A stretch of DNA of 63,620 nucleotides, the filler included, from Octopus bimaculoides (lineage: Eukaryota): the NCBI RefSeq assembly GCF_001194135.2. It is 7 parts of 6 records of this genome, joined end to end, with 100 filler letters (N's around TTAATTAATTAA, not from the genome) between each part and the next. Parts side by side here need not be neighbours in the genome. Positions count along the whole stretch, not along the records: positions 1 to 31,878 come from NC_068987.1; 6 more parts are not named here. One strand, written 5' to 3'. The notes below the pieces were generated by a model, which was given only the letters and a program-made list of their open reading frames with translations, did no database searches and was not told the origin of the DNA. Position 1 is the stretch's first letter. Each line of letters opens with the position of its first letter. This document shows, piece after piece, positions 12,601 through 25,109 of this stretch. Both the position numbers and the translations under genes were made by a program.

Positions 12601-13029
12601 AATAAAATAACATAAAACATTTAATGGAATTTAAATGAAATGTTCGCTAGAAAAACAAAGGAAACATTGATGGAAAATCATTTGAAATTTTAATGACATC
12701 CACAAAAATAATTCCTCACTGTCGGTTCCAAAATTAAGATCATGAAATTGTTATCAAGGAAATTTACATAACTTGATATGAAGGGCTGTCAAGATTAGTG
12801 ATTTCTTGACATGTAGGGCTGTCGGGTCACTTCTTTATTTGCTTTGGATGATGGCTAAGGTATCTGCATCTGATGTAAGCGGTAAAATATCTGGTAGAGC
12901 AAATACTGATGACATTGCCGGTGAGGACGTATTCTAGTGATGACATTCCCGTTCCAGCCTCTTACGCTACTTTTTAACCTGTCAGGCAAACGGAATTATT
13001 TCATTTATTGTCACATTTCTTGATTATTT

Positions 13030-13240
13030 TACTCACACAAATGAGCATACACACATACGCACACGCGCCACCCCACACGCAAACACAGATACACGCAGAT
13101 GCACAGACACGGACGCACACAAACACACAAAGACGCACACACACTAGCACACACACACACACACACACACACACAGCCACAGACATATCATTAATATATA
13201 CATACGTGTATACAACTACAATATATATATATATGTATTT
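13030..13240. repeat. (CA)n-rich compound microsatellite
   Basis: Directly visible. Confidence 0.9.
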
Positions 13241-13541
13241 GTAAACCCATCTATCTACTAATCTACTGACGGTCCTGCGAACGTGATTCAGAGGGAAAAT
13301 CTCTAGGTGCGATCCCACGCTCATTCATGAGCGAAGGGGGAGAAGTTTAATATTTCAAAACATTAAATCTTAAGATATAGTGTTGTCCACAATATTTTTA
13401 TAGATCCTTTCTGTTCATTTTCCTCGCATACAGCCTTGTGTTTAACGAAGTAATATCTTCAGGGGTTTGTAGTCGTTTGACGACTATTGGTAGCGTACAG
13501 TCGCTGTCCCGCCAGGGCTTTTTATTATATTTTACAATTGC

Positions 13542-13586
<45 letters not shown>

Positions 13587-13588
<2 letters not shown>

Positions 13589-14757
13589 TTATCTTTTATC
13601 TTTTACATGTTTCAGCCAGGGATTGAGGCCATCGTGCTGCACCGCCTTTACTGCATTCGGGGATTATTCCAGTTTGCTTCTGGTGAAGGAACGAGTTGGA
13701 TGCTGCCACTCTGCTTCGTGCCTCCTCCCACGATGTGCGTTCATCCGGTATTGCACATAAGAAACTGCCCAGACGCGTTTTGAAGACTTCCATGTCTACA
13801 CTTCGCAGATACCTGATGTTCTCTGGTAGTGTATTAAGAAGTTGTGGTCCTTTGCATCCCAAACTATTACAAGATTGGGCTCGAATCCTCGATGGAGAAG
13901 ATGGGGACTTTGTTACTGTGCAGTACTGTCCAGTTCGGAGATTGTTGTAAATTTCGATTCCGACGTTTGGAGCTAGACCCTCCATTATTTTCTGCATGGC
14001 TCTTAAGACTCCTCTCCAAAGAGAAGAGTCCCAGTTCCTTCAACCTCTCCCTGTAGCCCGTGTGTTTTACTGAATCTATCTTCTTTGTGTAGTGGAGTTG
14101 GAACGTCTCTAGTCCCGCAAGTAGTTTTGCGCTGTGTGGGAGCAGTATTGCAGACGACTGAGGACAAAGTTTATTCAAAGCAGAAGTATTTTGTTCCTTT
14201 TCCTGGTCCTAAAGGATCTAAGAATCTCACTTGCCACCCGCCTGTGTTTCCATCTGAGTGATTTGCACGTGGAAAGTTGCGTCCTTACCCATATGGATTC
14301 CCAGGTCACGCACCAACTAAAACTATGGGATTACATTGCCTGCTGGTTCCGTGTATTTTTGTGTGGGCTGGTAGCGGAATGCGCCATTGAACTGCATATT
14401 ATTCTCATCAGCCCATTTATATATTGCATTCAGGTCATTCTGCAGTCTTAGGATATCAGTAGGATGTTTGAGCGCCTACGATACTTTTGTATCGTCGGCG
14501 TAGCTGGTGAGTGTGACTGACTCTCTGGCTGAAGGCATGTCTGAGGGAGCAACCACAAGCAGTTGTGGTTCTGGCACTGTTCCCTGGGGGACTCTGCTGA
14601 GGACTGGTGACACCCCGGAGACAGCGCCATTTGCTGCAACAGCCGGACTTTTGCCCTTCAGGTAATCATGCAGCCACTCTCTCAGTCTACCAGCGGTACC
14701 CAAGAACTGCCACTGAGAATTTTGTCCGACATGCTATCGATTCGGACAGCTCGCAAC
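13587..14757 (-). mobile_element. CR1-clade LINE, 5'-truncated, RT C-terminal half to 3' tail
   Basis: LREWLHDYLKG...SRVPQGTVPEPQLL...TSYADDTKV (RT PQG and YADD motifs), RERLKELGLFSLER, and a (TAAAAGA)n tail at 13587-13605. Confidence 0.9.
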
Positions 14758-14761
14758 ATAT

Positions 14762-14805
<44 letters not shown>

Positions 14806-15199
14806 CAACTTAAATATATATGTAAAGATATACCCATAAATGGACATAAATGGTTCAAAAGTTTACCCATATCAAATATCATAGACAGAGACAGATGACG
14901 GACCTATAAAGATGATGTGTTAATTTGACGCTGAAGAAAATTGAAAAACTATTTGATGTTTCGAGTCTACGTTATTCTCAAAAAGGAATGAGTCAAGAAA
15001 ACAGATGGAGAAAGAAAAAAATGCTGTCTGTATTGGAGGTAGGGCATCTTCAAATACAGATATGTACGCAGTATATGTATGCATAAATAAATTCACAATA
15101 TATAACTGTTTAGTATAAATGTGTGCTCATCTTTATATCAGTGTATGTGTCTATATATCTATCTACATGTTTGGCTCTCTCTAGATGCTTTATTTCTCT

Positions 15200-15241
15200 T
15201 CTCTATCTGTCTCTCTCTGTATCTATCTATGTATCTATGCA

Positions 15242-15286
<45 letters not shown>

Positions 15287-15335
15287 ATCTATCTATCTAT
15301 CTATCTACCTATCTATCTATCTGTCTGTCTGTCTC
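15200..15335. repeat. (CT)n/(TATC)n microsatellite
   Basis: Directly visible. Confidence 0.95.
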
Positions 15336-15384
15336 GTAGCCACTACACATTCTACATTTTCTCTCTTTGTTTCTTTCTGTGTTG

Positions 15385-15502
15385 CTTTCTGTGGAAGAGC
15401 GTAGGCTCGAAACGTTAAAGACTTTCTCAATTCCCGAGCGTTAAACTAATACATCTGTTTGTTGTCTACACCACTGTCTTCCTTTTTTTTGTGAATTCTC
15501 CC
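15385..15502 (+). mobile_element. Penelope-like terminal repeat with minimal hammerhead-like motif (copy 2)
   Basis: CTTT-CTGTGGA-A-GAGC-GTAG-GCTC-GAAAC-GT-T-AAAG (15385-15420), then sequence homologous to 36-128; ends in (TA)n. Confidence 0.65.
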
Positions 15503-16734
15503 TATATATATATNNNNNNNNNNNNNNNNNNNNNNNNNNNNNNNNNNNNNNNNNNNNNNNNNNNNNNNNNNNNNNNNNNNNNNNNNNNNNNNNNNNNNNN
15601 NNNNNNNNNNNNNNNNNNNNNNNNNNNNNNNNNNNNNNNNNNNNNNNNNNNNNNNNNNNNNNNNNNNNNNNNNNNNNNNNNNNNNNNNNNNNNNNNNNNN
15701 NNNNNNNNNNNNNNNNNNNNNNNNNNNNNNNNNNNNNNNNNNNNNNNNNNNNNNNNNNNNNNNNNNNNNNNNNNNNNNNNNNNNNNNNNNNNNNNNNNNN
15801 NNNNNNNNNNNNNNNNNNNNNNNNNNNNNNNNNNNNNNNNNNNNNNNNNNNNNNNNNNNNNNNNNNNNNNNNNNNNNNNNNNNNNNNNNNNNNNNNNNNN
15901 NNNNNNNNNNNNNNNNNNNNNNNNNNNNNNNNNNNNNNNNNNNNNNNNNNNNNNNNNNNNNNNNNNNNNNNNNNNNNNNNNNNNNNNNNNNNNNNNNNNN
16001 NNNNNNNNNNNNNNNNNNNNNNNNNNNNNNNNNNNNNNNNNNNNNNNNNNNNNNNNNNNNNNNNNNNNNNNNNNNNNNNNNNNNNNNNNNNNNNNNNNAT
16101 ATCGATATACATATATACATACATGCATACATACATACATACATACATACACGCATATACATATGTATGAGTGTGTGTATGCTCAGTGTAGTATAAAGAG
16201 ATGGCCGTAAAGTAGGCAATAAAAACAGCGGGAACTCATATAGATGCATAAATATAGAGGAACATAAATATGCTTTTATCTTTGTACAGTTTACAGTTTG
16301 TTACGAAAGTAAAGCTCGGAAATACAGAAGCAATATTTATAAGATGGACTCATCATTGAAGTAGGTAACGCAACTATTTCCATAGCTTCAGACTGACTTT
16401 GACCCACTGGACAGAGGGAACGGGCGAGTAAGAATAATTTTGCTTGCTGCGTATTGTTATGCACTGGAAGCAGTATACATTGTATTAACAATTTAACTTT
16501 CCCAAATATACATTCCCTATTATGCAACACGAATCTCTAAAGCCAAGGCGCTAATGCACATAGGCCAAAGTTTGTTAGCTGAAGGAAAGCGGTTGCCAAT
16601 AACTGATGTGATATTAAAATACGTAAGGTAATGTCGCACATGGCCAGGCCTGAAGTCCTTAAAATTAAGCCGAATGCTGATCATTGAATCGCAGTAGAAT
16701 GGATTTACATTGGTTTGTTTCCCATTGTTTTGTT

Positions 16735-17105
16735 TGCTGGAGAAGTTGAAATTCCTTGCGTTGTGAGTGACGACAAAAAGGGGTGACTGTTTTGTTCTTT
16801 ATATCTTTTTCGTTTGTTTTTCTTAGTGTTGTCACCGGAATGTTCTGGGCCTAGGGGATGGCTGTATTGATAGAGTTCATAGGATATTCTTGTTTTTTAA
16901 GGAACCATTTTAGTTCCTGTCATCTGTTTCCCCTGTAGTGTGGGTTGTGTTACTACGGTGCAGATGCATCTTGCCAATGTAAGGGGAATGTTCCTTTTGG
17001 TATGTAAGGTAGGTGCTGATTGGAAGTTTAATGTTTGGTGTGTGTTTGTTGGTTTGTAAAATAGATCTGTTTTGATATTTTCGCCTTCTTTAATGATAAG
17101 GATAT
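16735..17105 (-). mobile_element. Penelope-like RT thumb/linker fragment
   Basis: DILIIKEGENIKTDLFYKPTNTHQTLNFQS..HTKRNIPLTLARCICTVV, then ..INTAIP.A.NIP..TLRK..PFVVTHN remnants, as in Penelope ORFs. Confidence 0.8.
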
Positions 17106-17759
17106 CCACACATATATATATAATATAGATAAATAAATAGAAAGATAGATAACGACATATAGCGATATATGCGTGAGTTTGTATGTGTTGCGTAATATTT
17201 ATGACTAAAACTGTTTTAGAATGATGGAGATTGCCAACTGAATGGCTATCAATGTGTTATTGGTGTTTTATCAATCATTAAAGCATGAACAGATGGTACA
17301 TGCCCAACATATTAAGTCCGCAATATAGAAAACCGTGCAACACTTTGGTAACTTTATGATCGAATACATGCAATTGCATCACCACCCGACGTGGTGAGCG
17401 TGAAGGAAATAAATATTGATGCATTCAGTAGAAATTAAAATAAGATACGGTTATATCTTTAGATTAATTGATGAGGTACGTAGAATGTGCTCTCATCTCA
17501 CAATCATATTTCAGATTGAGCGCAAGGGAATCAAATAGCAAAGAAAAAGAAAAAAGAACGGAGAAGCACATACAACATATATTCATCATACAACTGCAGA
17601 TATGATTCATCATCGTTCGAGTTAGTTAATATTATTTAATATACAGTCCTACTTAACATGCTGACATCAACAACAAACCCAAAAAAAATCAACTAACCAC
17701 AAACAAGACCAATCAGATAAAAACAGGTGCTAAATACGGGTTGGTTTTTGATTTTGTCG

Positions 17760-17803
17760 TTGTCCTCGCCGTTCTTTGTATTGTTGTTGTTGTTGTTTTT
17801 ATT

Positions 17804-17853
<50 letters not shown>

Positions 17854-17945
17854 TATTAGTATTATTATTATTATTATTACTATTAATATTATCATCATTA
17901 TTATCATTATTATTATTATTAATACCGTTATCATTGTTATTGATA
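17760..17945. repeat. (GTT)n(CAT)n(ATT)n trinucleotide tract
   Basis: Directly visible. Confidence 0.95.
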
Positions 17946-18082
17946 ATAACTTGATGCGAATATATATTACCAAATAATCTAACAGACCATTAATAGAGAT
18001 TAATAGACCATTAACAGATACAGAATTAAAATGCATATATTTTATCTCCCTCTCTTTCTTTCTCACTCCCTACTTCTCTCTG

Positions 18083-18114
<32 letters not shown>

Positions 18115-18363
18115 NNNNNNNNNNNNNNNNNNNNNNNNNNNNNNNNNNNNNNNNNNNNNNNNNNNNNNNNNNNNNNNNNNNNNNNNNNNNNNNNNNNNNN
18201 NNNNNNNNNNNNNNNNNNNNNNNNNNNNNNNNNNNNNNNNNNNNNNNNNNNNNNNNNNNNNNNNNNNNNNNNNNNNNNNNNNNNNNNNNNNNNNNNNNNN
18301 NNNNNNNNNNNNNNNNNNNNNNNNNNNNNNNNNNNNNNNNNNNNNNNNNNNNNNNNNNNNNNN

Positions 18364-18404
<41 letters not shown>

Positions 18405-18598
18405 TGCGTGTGTGACTGTGGCTAAGGTTGTACCAAATGTGTAGGAATCTATCTGCGTATCACTTGCCTATACCAGACTTTAACAACGCAGAGACAATAA
18501 ATTGTTATTGCTGCGGTCATCTCAAGATTTTTGAAGAAATTTTGCTAGGCACAAGTGTTAAAATATATATATGCTTATAGCTTATATTCATATACCAG

Positions 18599-18660
18599 AA
18601 TCTGCATGTTCTTGAATCGCAAGTGTGTGTTCCTTTGAGGCTCATTGAAAGATGCAATGT
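18599..18660 (+). CDS. Candidate internal exon 4 (phase 0 to 2)
   Basis: Acceptor TTATATTCATATACCAG|, donor TGT|GTAAGT. Only frame 0 is open: NLHVLESQVCVPLRLIERCN+GT. Confidence 0.55.
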
Positions 18661-19304
18661 GTAAGTAGAAATGAAAATGAAATTCCTATATTGCAATTTG
18701 ATGAGTTACCAATAGGTTAACGCTAGAAAATAGGATTTGAATTTATATACTTAATTCTGATGGGCGGATAACTTGATATTAATCATTTATTGATGTGCAA
18801 AATTAAGTAATATTTACATGGCTTCTGCGTACGAGTTGAGCAATTGTTTATAGAAGGTGAATTGTAGTTTTGATAAAGAAAAACATGTTCTTCTCCATAA
18901 ACTGGCCAGATTCCTCTTTACGTATAAGCAATGGAATGGAAAATAAAATATATGAATGAGTTGTTATTTGAATATTTCTTGATAGATATTGATGAAAATA
19001 TCTGTAAGGATCCAAAGAGAGATCGTGATATATGTCGATTCATTTTGTAAAGGATAACAGCAGCCAGTCAAATCAGAAAATATTATACATATATCATGAT
19101 TATTTGTATTTACAAAGAATACTTGCATCAAATTTGTTTAAGGATTAAAAACGTGAAAACTAGAGAAATAATTTAAATGTTTCAATTTGTAAATTGACCA
19201 CGACATTCTAAGTTTTGAGAAATAAAATCTCTTGTCTGCTATTTGAAAATTCAACTACTTATACATGCATACATACATACATACATATATACATACATAC
19301 ATTA

Positions 19305-20325
19305 CAGCCGAATAAAAACAAATTGGAAATCGGAACTTTCTGCATTCAATAAAACAGTGGCCCACAATGTGTCTGCAGTGCTAGTACTCATACTGACATT
19401 TGGGCAGCTTCATTGGACGCTTGATGAGATCTCAGCCATTGATGTGAAAAGCCGGAGGATACTAACAAGCACACATAATTTCCACATCAACAGTGAGAGA
19501 GACCACATTTTATTGCTGCGGTCATCTCAAGATCTTTGAAGAATTCTTGGTAGGCACAAGTGTTAAAATATATGGGCGGCAGAGGCTTAACATGGATCCA
19601 AAATGCCTTTGAATGTCACATAATATCCCTTCGGCAACATATTTTAATCACCAAGTGTCGAAGAGCATTCCTTGATCAAGTTTGCATACATGAGGCTTCA
19701 TAATATCATATGACTTGGAAAGCAGCTCCTTGAGCTGTATTCTTTATTTGATAAACTTAAATACATACCCAAAGAAGTCACATGATTCTACCACAACGTA
19801 TCATCAGGTGAAAGATGAGTGTATATAATCAGAAGACCATGCTTAGTAGAAAGCTCTGGGATGATAGTAACATTGATCATGAAAGCATGTCTATCATGGA
19901 CCATGAATCGGATTGCTACCTTCCACTTTGAAGGAATTGCGTTTGCAATCCAGGAATAGGAAATATCATCAAAATACCTGATGCACCAAATGGACAGAGA
20001 TGCAAGAAAAGCAGTAAAATGTGACAATGGATGCAGACTTTGTGAAGTTAACACCGAAGATATCGCCCACATCATAAGCAGGTGTCCGAAAATGTCATCA
20101 TGGTATTATCTATCGATGAGACATGATACTGTAGCTAGGACACTATATAACAAGATCCGTCGAAAGGATCAGAACAAGGACAAATAATTAAGAACTCACT
20201 GTATGGTGGAAACAAAGTCACTCATAATAATAATGACTATTGGTGGAATCTCCTAGTGAAAACCTCAATAAAATATAAACACAATGGACCTGATGTAATG
20301 ATTTAGGATAGAGCAATGAAAAAGC
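19305..20325 (+). mobile_element. Decayed R4/Dong-like (restriction-like endonuclease) non-LTR retrotransposon, RT-thumb to RLE region
   Basis: RIKTNWKSELSAFNK..HWTLDEISAIDVKSRRILT..NFHINS..GGRGL, FAIQE.EISSKY, zinc knuckle CRLC-x7-HIISRC, RHD motif, and WWN..VKT..K..HNGPD. Confidence 0.85.
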
Positions 20326-21270
20326 TTCTTTGCTATAATGTTATTCAATAAAGCCACCTTCAGCTTCAACAACTGCTTCTATATGAGATCTAAATCATTT
20401 TTATGTTTGAATCAAGTGGTCCTGCTTCATTTTTGGACATTACACTCACTATGGCAACTTTCAAAGAATCTTTGGTGTTATCGGCGTGTTCTTTGACCTC
20501 TCTCTCAAAAACGATCCACATGTAATAGTCCAAGGTGACCAAATGTTTGGGCTTAAGTGATCATGAAAATTTTCGGCCTGTGTTACTAGAGCCATGATTC
20601 ATAGTGCAGAGTCTTACTGAAACACATACGGTATTCCGTTGCATGCAGTGTCTATCCAGGGTTTAATTATTTCCAGGACCTCAAAGTAGGCGGCAGAGTT
20701 AGCTGTAAGGTCTTGTGGGAAGAGGTAAGGAGGCATCGCATGTCTTTCATTGCTGTCAACTCTTAAAACCATGATAGTTGCACGAACCTTTGTATACCTA
20801 ACACTTAGAACTTCCGAAGGGTCTGTACATAACCATCCGTCATTTCTTCTGTTACCTTTTTGATCTTGGTCGAAGTTTTACTCGTGGAAGAAAGACCAAA
20901 ACAAGTCTTCTGCTGGATTTTTCAATTTGTTTAGAGCCTTTTCAGATCTGATGTACTGATTTTCTTTTGCCTGGTGGATACATTCATGTGTTCTGATGAT
21001 GCCAGAGCGTTTAGAATGTTTTTTTATGCTTTGATACTGGTGATACGTTTCCATCTTCAGTCTCTATCTCCTTAGAAACTTTGTAGGCGAATGATTTGGG
21101 CACTTTTAAAAATCAAGATATTTCTAATTCTCTATGCCCAGCCTTTATAACCAAAATAACAGCATGTCTCTTCATTTCTTGAGTAAGGTGAGGATCTGCC
21201 ATTATTATTTTCTGAAACAAAGATTATACAGTGTTAGCAAAAATGCAGCAATGATCTAGAAAATGTATTC
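20326..21270 (-). mobile_element. Decayed maT/DD37D-type Tc1/mariner transposase
   Basis: Minus strand: MKRHAVILVIKAGH..., NFDQDQKGNRRNDGWLCTDPSEV, MPPYLFPQ.L.ANSAAYFEVLE.IKPWID..CNG.PYVFQ.DSA, ENFHDH, DYYMWIV and EAEGGFIE; many frameshifts. Confidence 0.85.
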
Positions 21271-23187
21271 CTCGAATACCTTACGCACCTTACCTACGTA
21301 AAGTTGATATATATATANNNNNNNNNNNNNNNNNNNNNNNNNNNNNNNNNNNNNNNNNNNNNNNNNNNNNNNNNNNNNNNNNNNNNNNNNNNNNNNNNNN
21401 NNNNNNNNNNNNNNNNNNNNNNNNNNNTATATATACCTGCGTAGATGTTTATATAAATTACATCAATTTTCGCACACGTAGCATTTACCAGGATTCTCAT
21501 ATGTGTTGGATAGACAAAGACAACCAGAAAGAGTGAATGGTGTGATTGCTTCTGAACTTTGATTGTCGCGTAGAAAGTTACAAGTGTTGGGTGCCAGTTT
21601 ATTGTGTAGACAATGATTTATTGGATAGATCTGTCGCAATGCCATGTACTGAAATTAGGTATGTTAATGTTTAGTATCACAAAGTCAAGTCATAACTAGT
21701 ATTGCTAATATGGCGATCGGAATTTTTTCACTCCATGGAAATACTTTTTGGTCTTTTGTTCTCATTCTGTCATGACATAATTACTTAAATATACAGGTGG
21801 AGTTTCCTATGAACAAATATTCGTTGCTGTATAACATATGATTTAATAGTTCGTTATCGTCGATCTATAAGCAAGCAAGGTGTCAAGTTTTGCTGGTATT
21901 TAATATACAATTTTAGTGCTGGACGGGTTATCTTACATCTTGTATTCGTGTAAATGACAACATAGTGAAGCGGGAACAGTTCATAAATGTTAGATGTTTG
22001 CACACACTATGATGCATTTTGCGATCTATTTTCAATAGCATCACTTGTACGAAATGATTACAATACTTTAGCGTCCAGAAAAAATATATATTCCTTTTGT
22101 CATACATTAAAAATATCAAAAGCATAAGTTGAATAAATTAGAATTATTGAAACTAAAACATCAACCTTAGATTTCAAAATACATGGAAGGCAATTTTGTT
22201 TAGTGTACTTGACCTGAGCTTCCTATACAAGAAATGTTGAAGAAAATATTTGATTATCCACTCTAACATTTAATAATGTGAAAATAGGAAGTGAATTTAA
22301 AGAGTTATTTGATGAATTAAATCATCAACTTACTGTAGAGTCTATGAACTCAGCTTTTATAAACAGAGTAGTTGATGTTCATGGCAGTGTATTTGGAAAT
22401 TAGGAGAACATTTTAGAATGAAAGAAAATCAAAATATTCTATGACTGAAACCAAGAATAGAAACTTTAGCACAGAATTGACTTCACACAAACATATAATT
22501 TCTTCTTTAACATTTCTTGAAACTATCGGTCAAAATAATAAATTATCGAATAAAATCAATAAACTTGACTGGTGGCACTCCTCACAGTAAACAAAACATT
22601 TTAGAGAACAAATACATCCACTATCGAAATCATTAATGTAATTATGTTACTTTCGAAGATTTCCTGATTTTTCATTATTTTTCGTTTATATATATNNNNN
22701 NNNNNNNNNNNNNNNNNNNNNNNNNNNNNNNNNNNNNNNNNNNNNNNNNNNNNNNNNNNNNNNNNNNNNNNNNNNNNNNNNNNNNNNNNNNNNNNNNNNN
22801 NNNNNNNNATATATATATATATATATATATATACATAGAGTTTTTGATATTATTTTTCATTTCTTTGTTTTCGTCAATTCTCTCACTGAAAAAAGTAGCT
22901 ATAAAATAAATTAGAAAAAATAAATTAAAAAATAAAAAATTGCAAGTCACTAAACAATCTCTTAAAATATCGAAAATTGTCTTCCATCTTCCCTACCCAC
23001 GACTCTCTCATATTTAAACATCATTTATATCAACAGATATTTCTGCTTCTGCCACTGAAATTATTTATTTAGTTCAACGTCCTCTATACTTGTCTTCGCT
23101 TTGATTTAGCTTCATTTCGTTCCCTATTCCGTATACTGATGTCCAATAATATTCCAAGTACTAACTGTCTCATATTTTATCTTCTAG

Positions 23188-23272
23188 GCGTCCAGAAGTT
23201 TTCAGAGAGATTGAACTATACAAGAAAGCAAGTAGAATCACCGCCATTGGTTGCTACGTCTATCAATTAAAA
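23188..23272 (+). CDS. Candidate internal exon 5 (phase 2 to 0)
   Basis: Perfect branch point TACTAAC (23159-23165), pyrimidine tract and TAG|, donor AAA|GTCAGT. Encodes (V)RPEVFREIELYKKASRITAIGCYVYQLK; phase-compatible with 18599-18660. Confidence 0.6.
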
Positions 23273-23904
23273 GTCAGTATAGTGTGAATTGACAGAAAAT
23301 TAGCAGTTAGTTCTATCAATAACTGTAACGCGATTCCGTCGGTGGTAACATTAACAGCTTACGCAGGTTAAAGTCAAGGAGTTACTCAGAAATATCATTA
23401 ACAATTCACGTGCTACATTTAAATCCTTCTCCTCTCTCGAAATCAAATTGAAGTCAGATATTGAGTATAGGTGTATGCAAAAGCAAATGAAATATTTTGA
23501 AACTAACTACGCGAAAAAAATGTCAGCAAATAAAGCAAAACATGTCAAAACAAAGCAGTTAAGGTTGGGAGAATAACTTAAAATGTGCTTTTCAACAGAT
23601 CGCATAACGAGCTTGAATACATACGAAAGTGAGACTAATAACAATACAGTTAGTAATAATAATTAGACTCAATCTCATCATCCAAGGAATTATGTTATGC
23701 AATGAAAGAACGTTAATTTGTGTGCTAATCTTAATAGCAATCGGGATACCATGTCATACGTAACATACGAAAAACATGCATAAATATAAATATAGAAACA
23801 CAAATTTTATACACAATCTGTTACGAAATAATTTGTAAACTTCGAATCCTGATTACTGAGTCATAAAAATGTCTAAAAATTACACCGACAAACATACATC
23901 TGTC

Positions 23905-23924
23905 TTTTTCTATCTATCTATCTA

Positions 23925-23993
<69 letters not shown>

Positions 23994-24058
23994 GTCTGTC
24001 TGTCTGTTTGTCTCTGTCTGTCTGTCTGTATGTCTGTCTCTCTCTCTCNNNNNNNNNN

Positions 24059-24145
<87 letters not shown>

Positions 24146-24215
24146 AGTCTGTGTGTGTGTGTCTGTATAGATACACAGATAGATAAATAAATAAATAAAT
24201 AAATAAATAAATTGA
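23905..24215. repeat. (TATC)n/(TGTC)n/(CT)n/(TAAA)n compound microsatellite
   Basis: Directly visible. Confidence 0.95.
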
Positions 24216-25109
24216 TAGACAGATTGGTATATAGAAGGTAGATAGGCAGATACATACACAGATTGATGGATATCGGTGTGTGCATGTGTTTGTCAGTACC
24301 ATTTCAAATGAGTATGTGAAACAATGAAACTACCCAGCGAAGGATGCAAGACTATAACCAATATGCTTTTCTTTGAATAAACTGATATTTCCTAATGAAA
24401 AGAACATCGGGAGTAAAAAACAGAAAACATGCCAAATTGGCCAAGTTTTATTTGCGCCATTCTAAATGAAACGTCTTTGATATTTGAGATGTTTGTTGAT
24501 AAAGTATAATACCTGCAGCTAGATTTTCTACTGATAAAATTAGAAAATTTGATTTACCAGTGTTAGGAATTAATCATTACGTGGAAATAGTTCAAGCTTT
24601 TTGCCTTGCCGAGAGAAACAATATTCTATGTGTAGTTAGCAACTGTGTTTGTTTCACTACTTTATATTTAAATATCCGACAGGTAGAATGTCCTAACATA
24701 GAAAGTTTTATAAAAAGGAATCAATAGTTGAATCTCTGCTAATACAAAATATGTGCACCACGAAAATATATTAACAAGCTTTGAAGAAAAACTCTGCATG
24801 TATCCGTTTAGTGTGTAATTGTATTTGCAACATTTTGATACTAATAACTCTAATATGTATTACACACCACCGAAAGAAAAAAAATATCATTTGCTATAAA
24901 TCAAATGCTGGTGAGTGAATACGGCAGAATTCTGCTTTGCACACGGTATATGTCACCGCATAACATTTGTTTTATCTTGGGGGGATTATTTGAAAAATCT
25001 TGCGATTTTTGTGTTCTACGAAAATCAAGGTTATATACCGTGCGCAACGCAAAATTCCGCCTTTAGTACCATAATTTTGTTTATGAAAAAATGTATATAT
25101 TTTTAGCCA

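Noticed and set aside
16290-16360. Possible phase 0-2 exon (FTVCYESKARKYRSNIYKMDSSL)
   Set aside because: Same phases as exon 4, so it cannot be added to the chain, and there is no similarity suggesting mutually exclusive paralogous exons.
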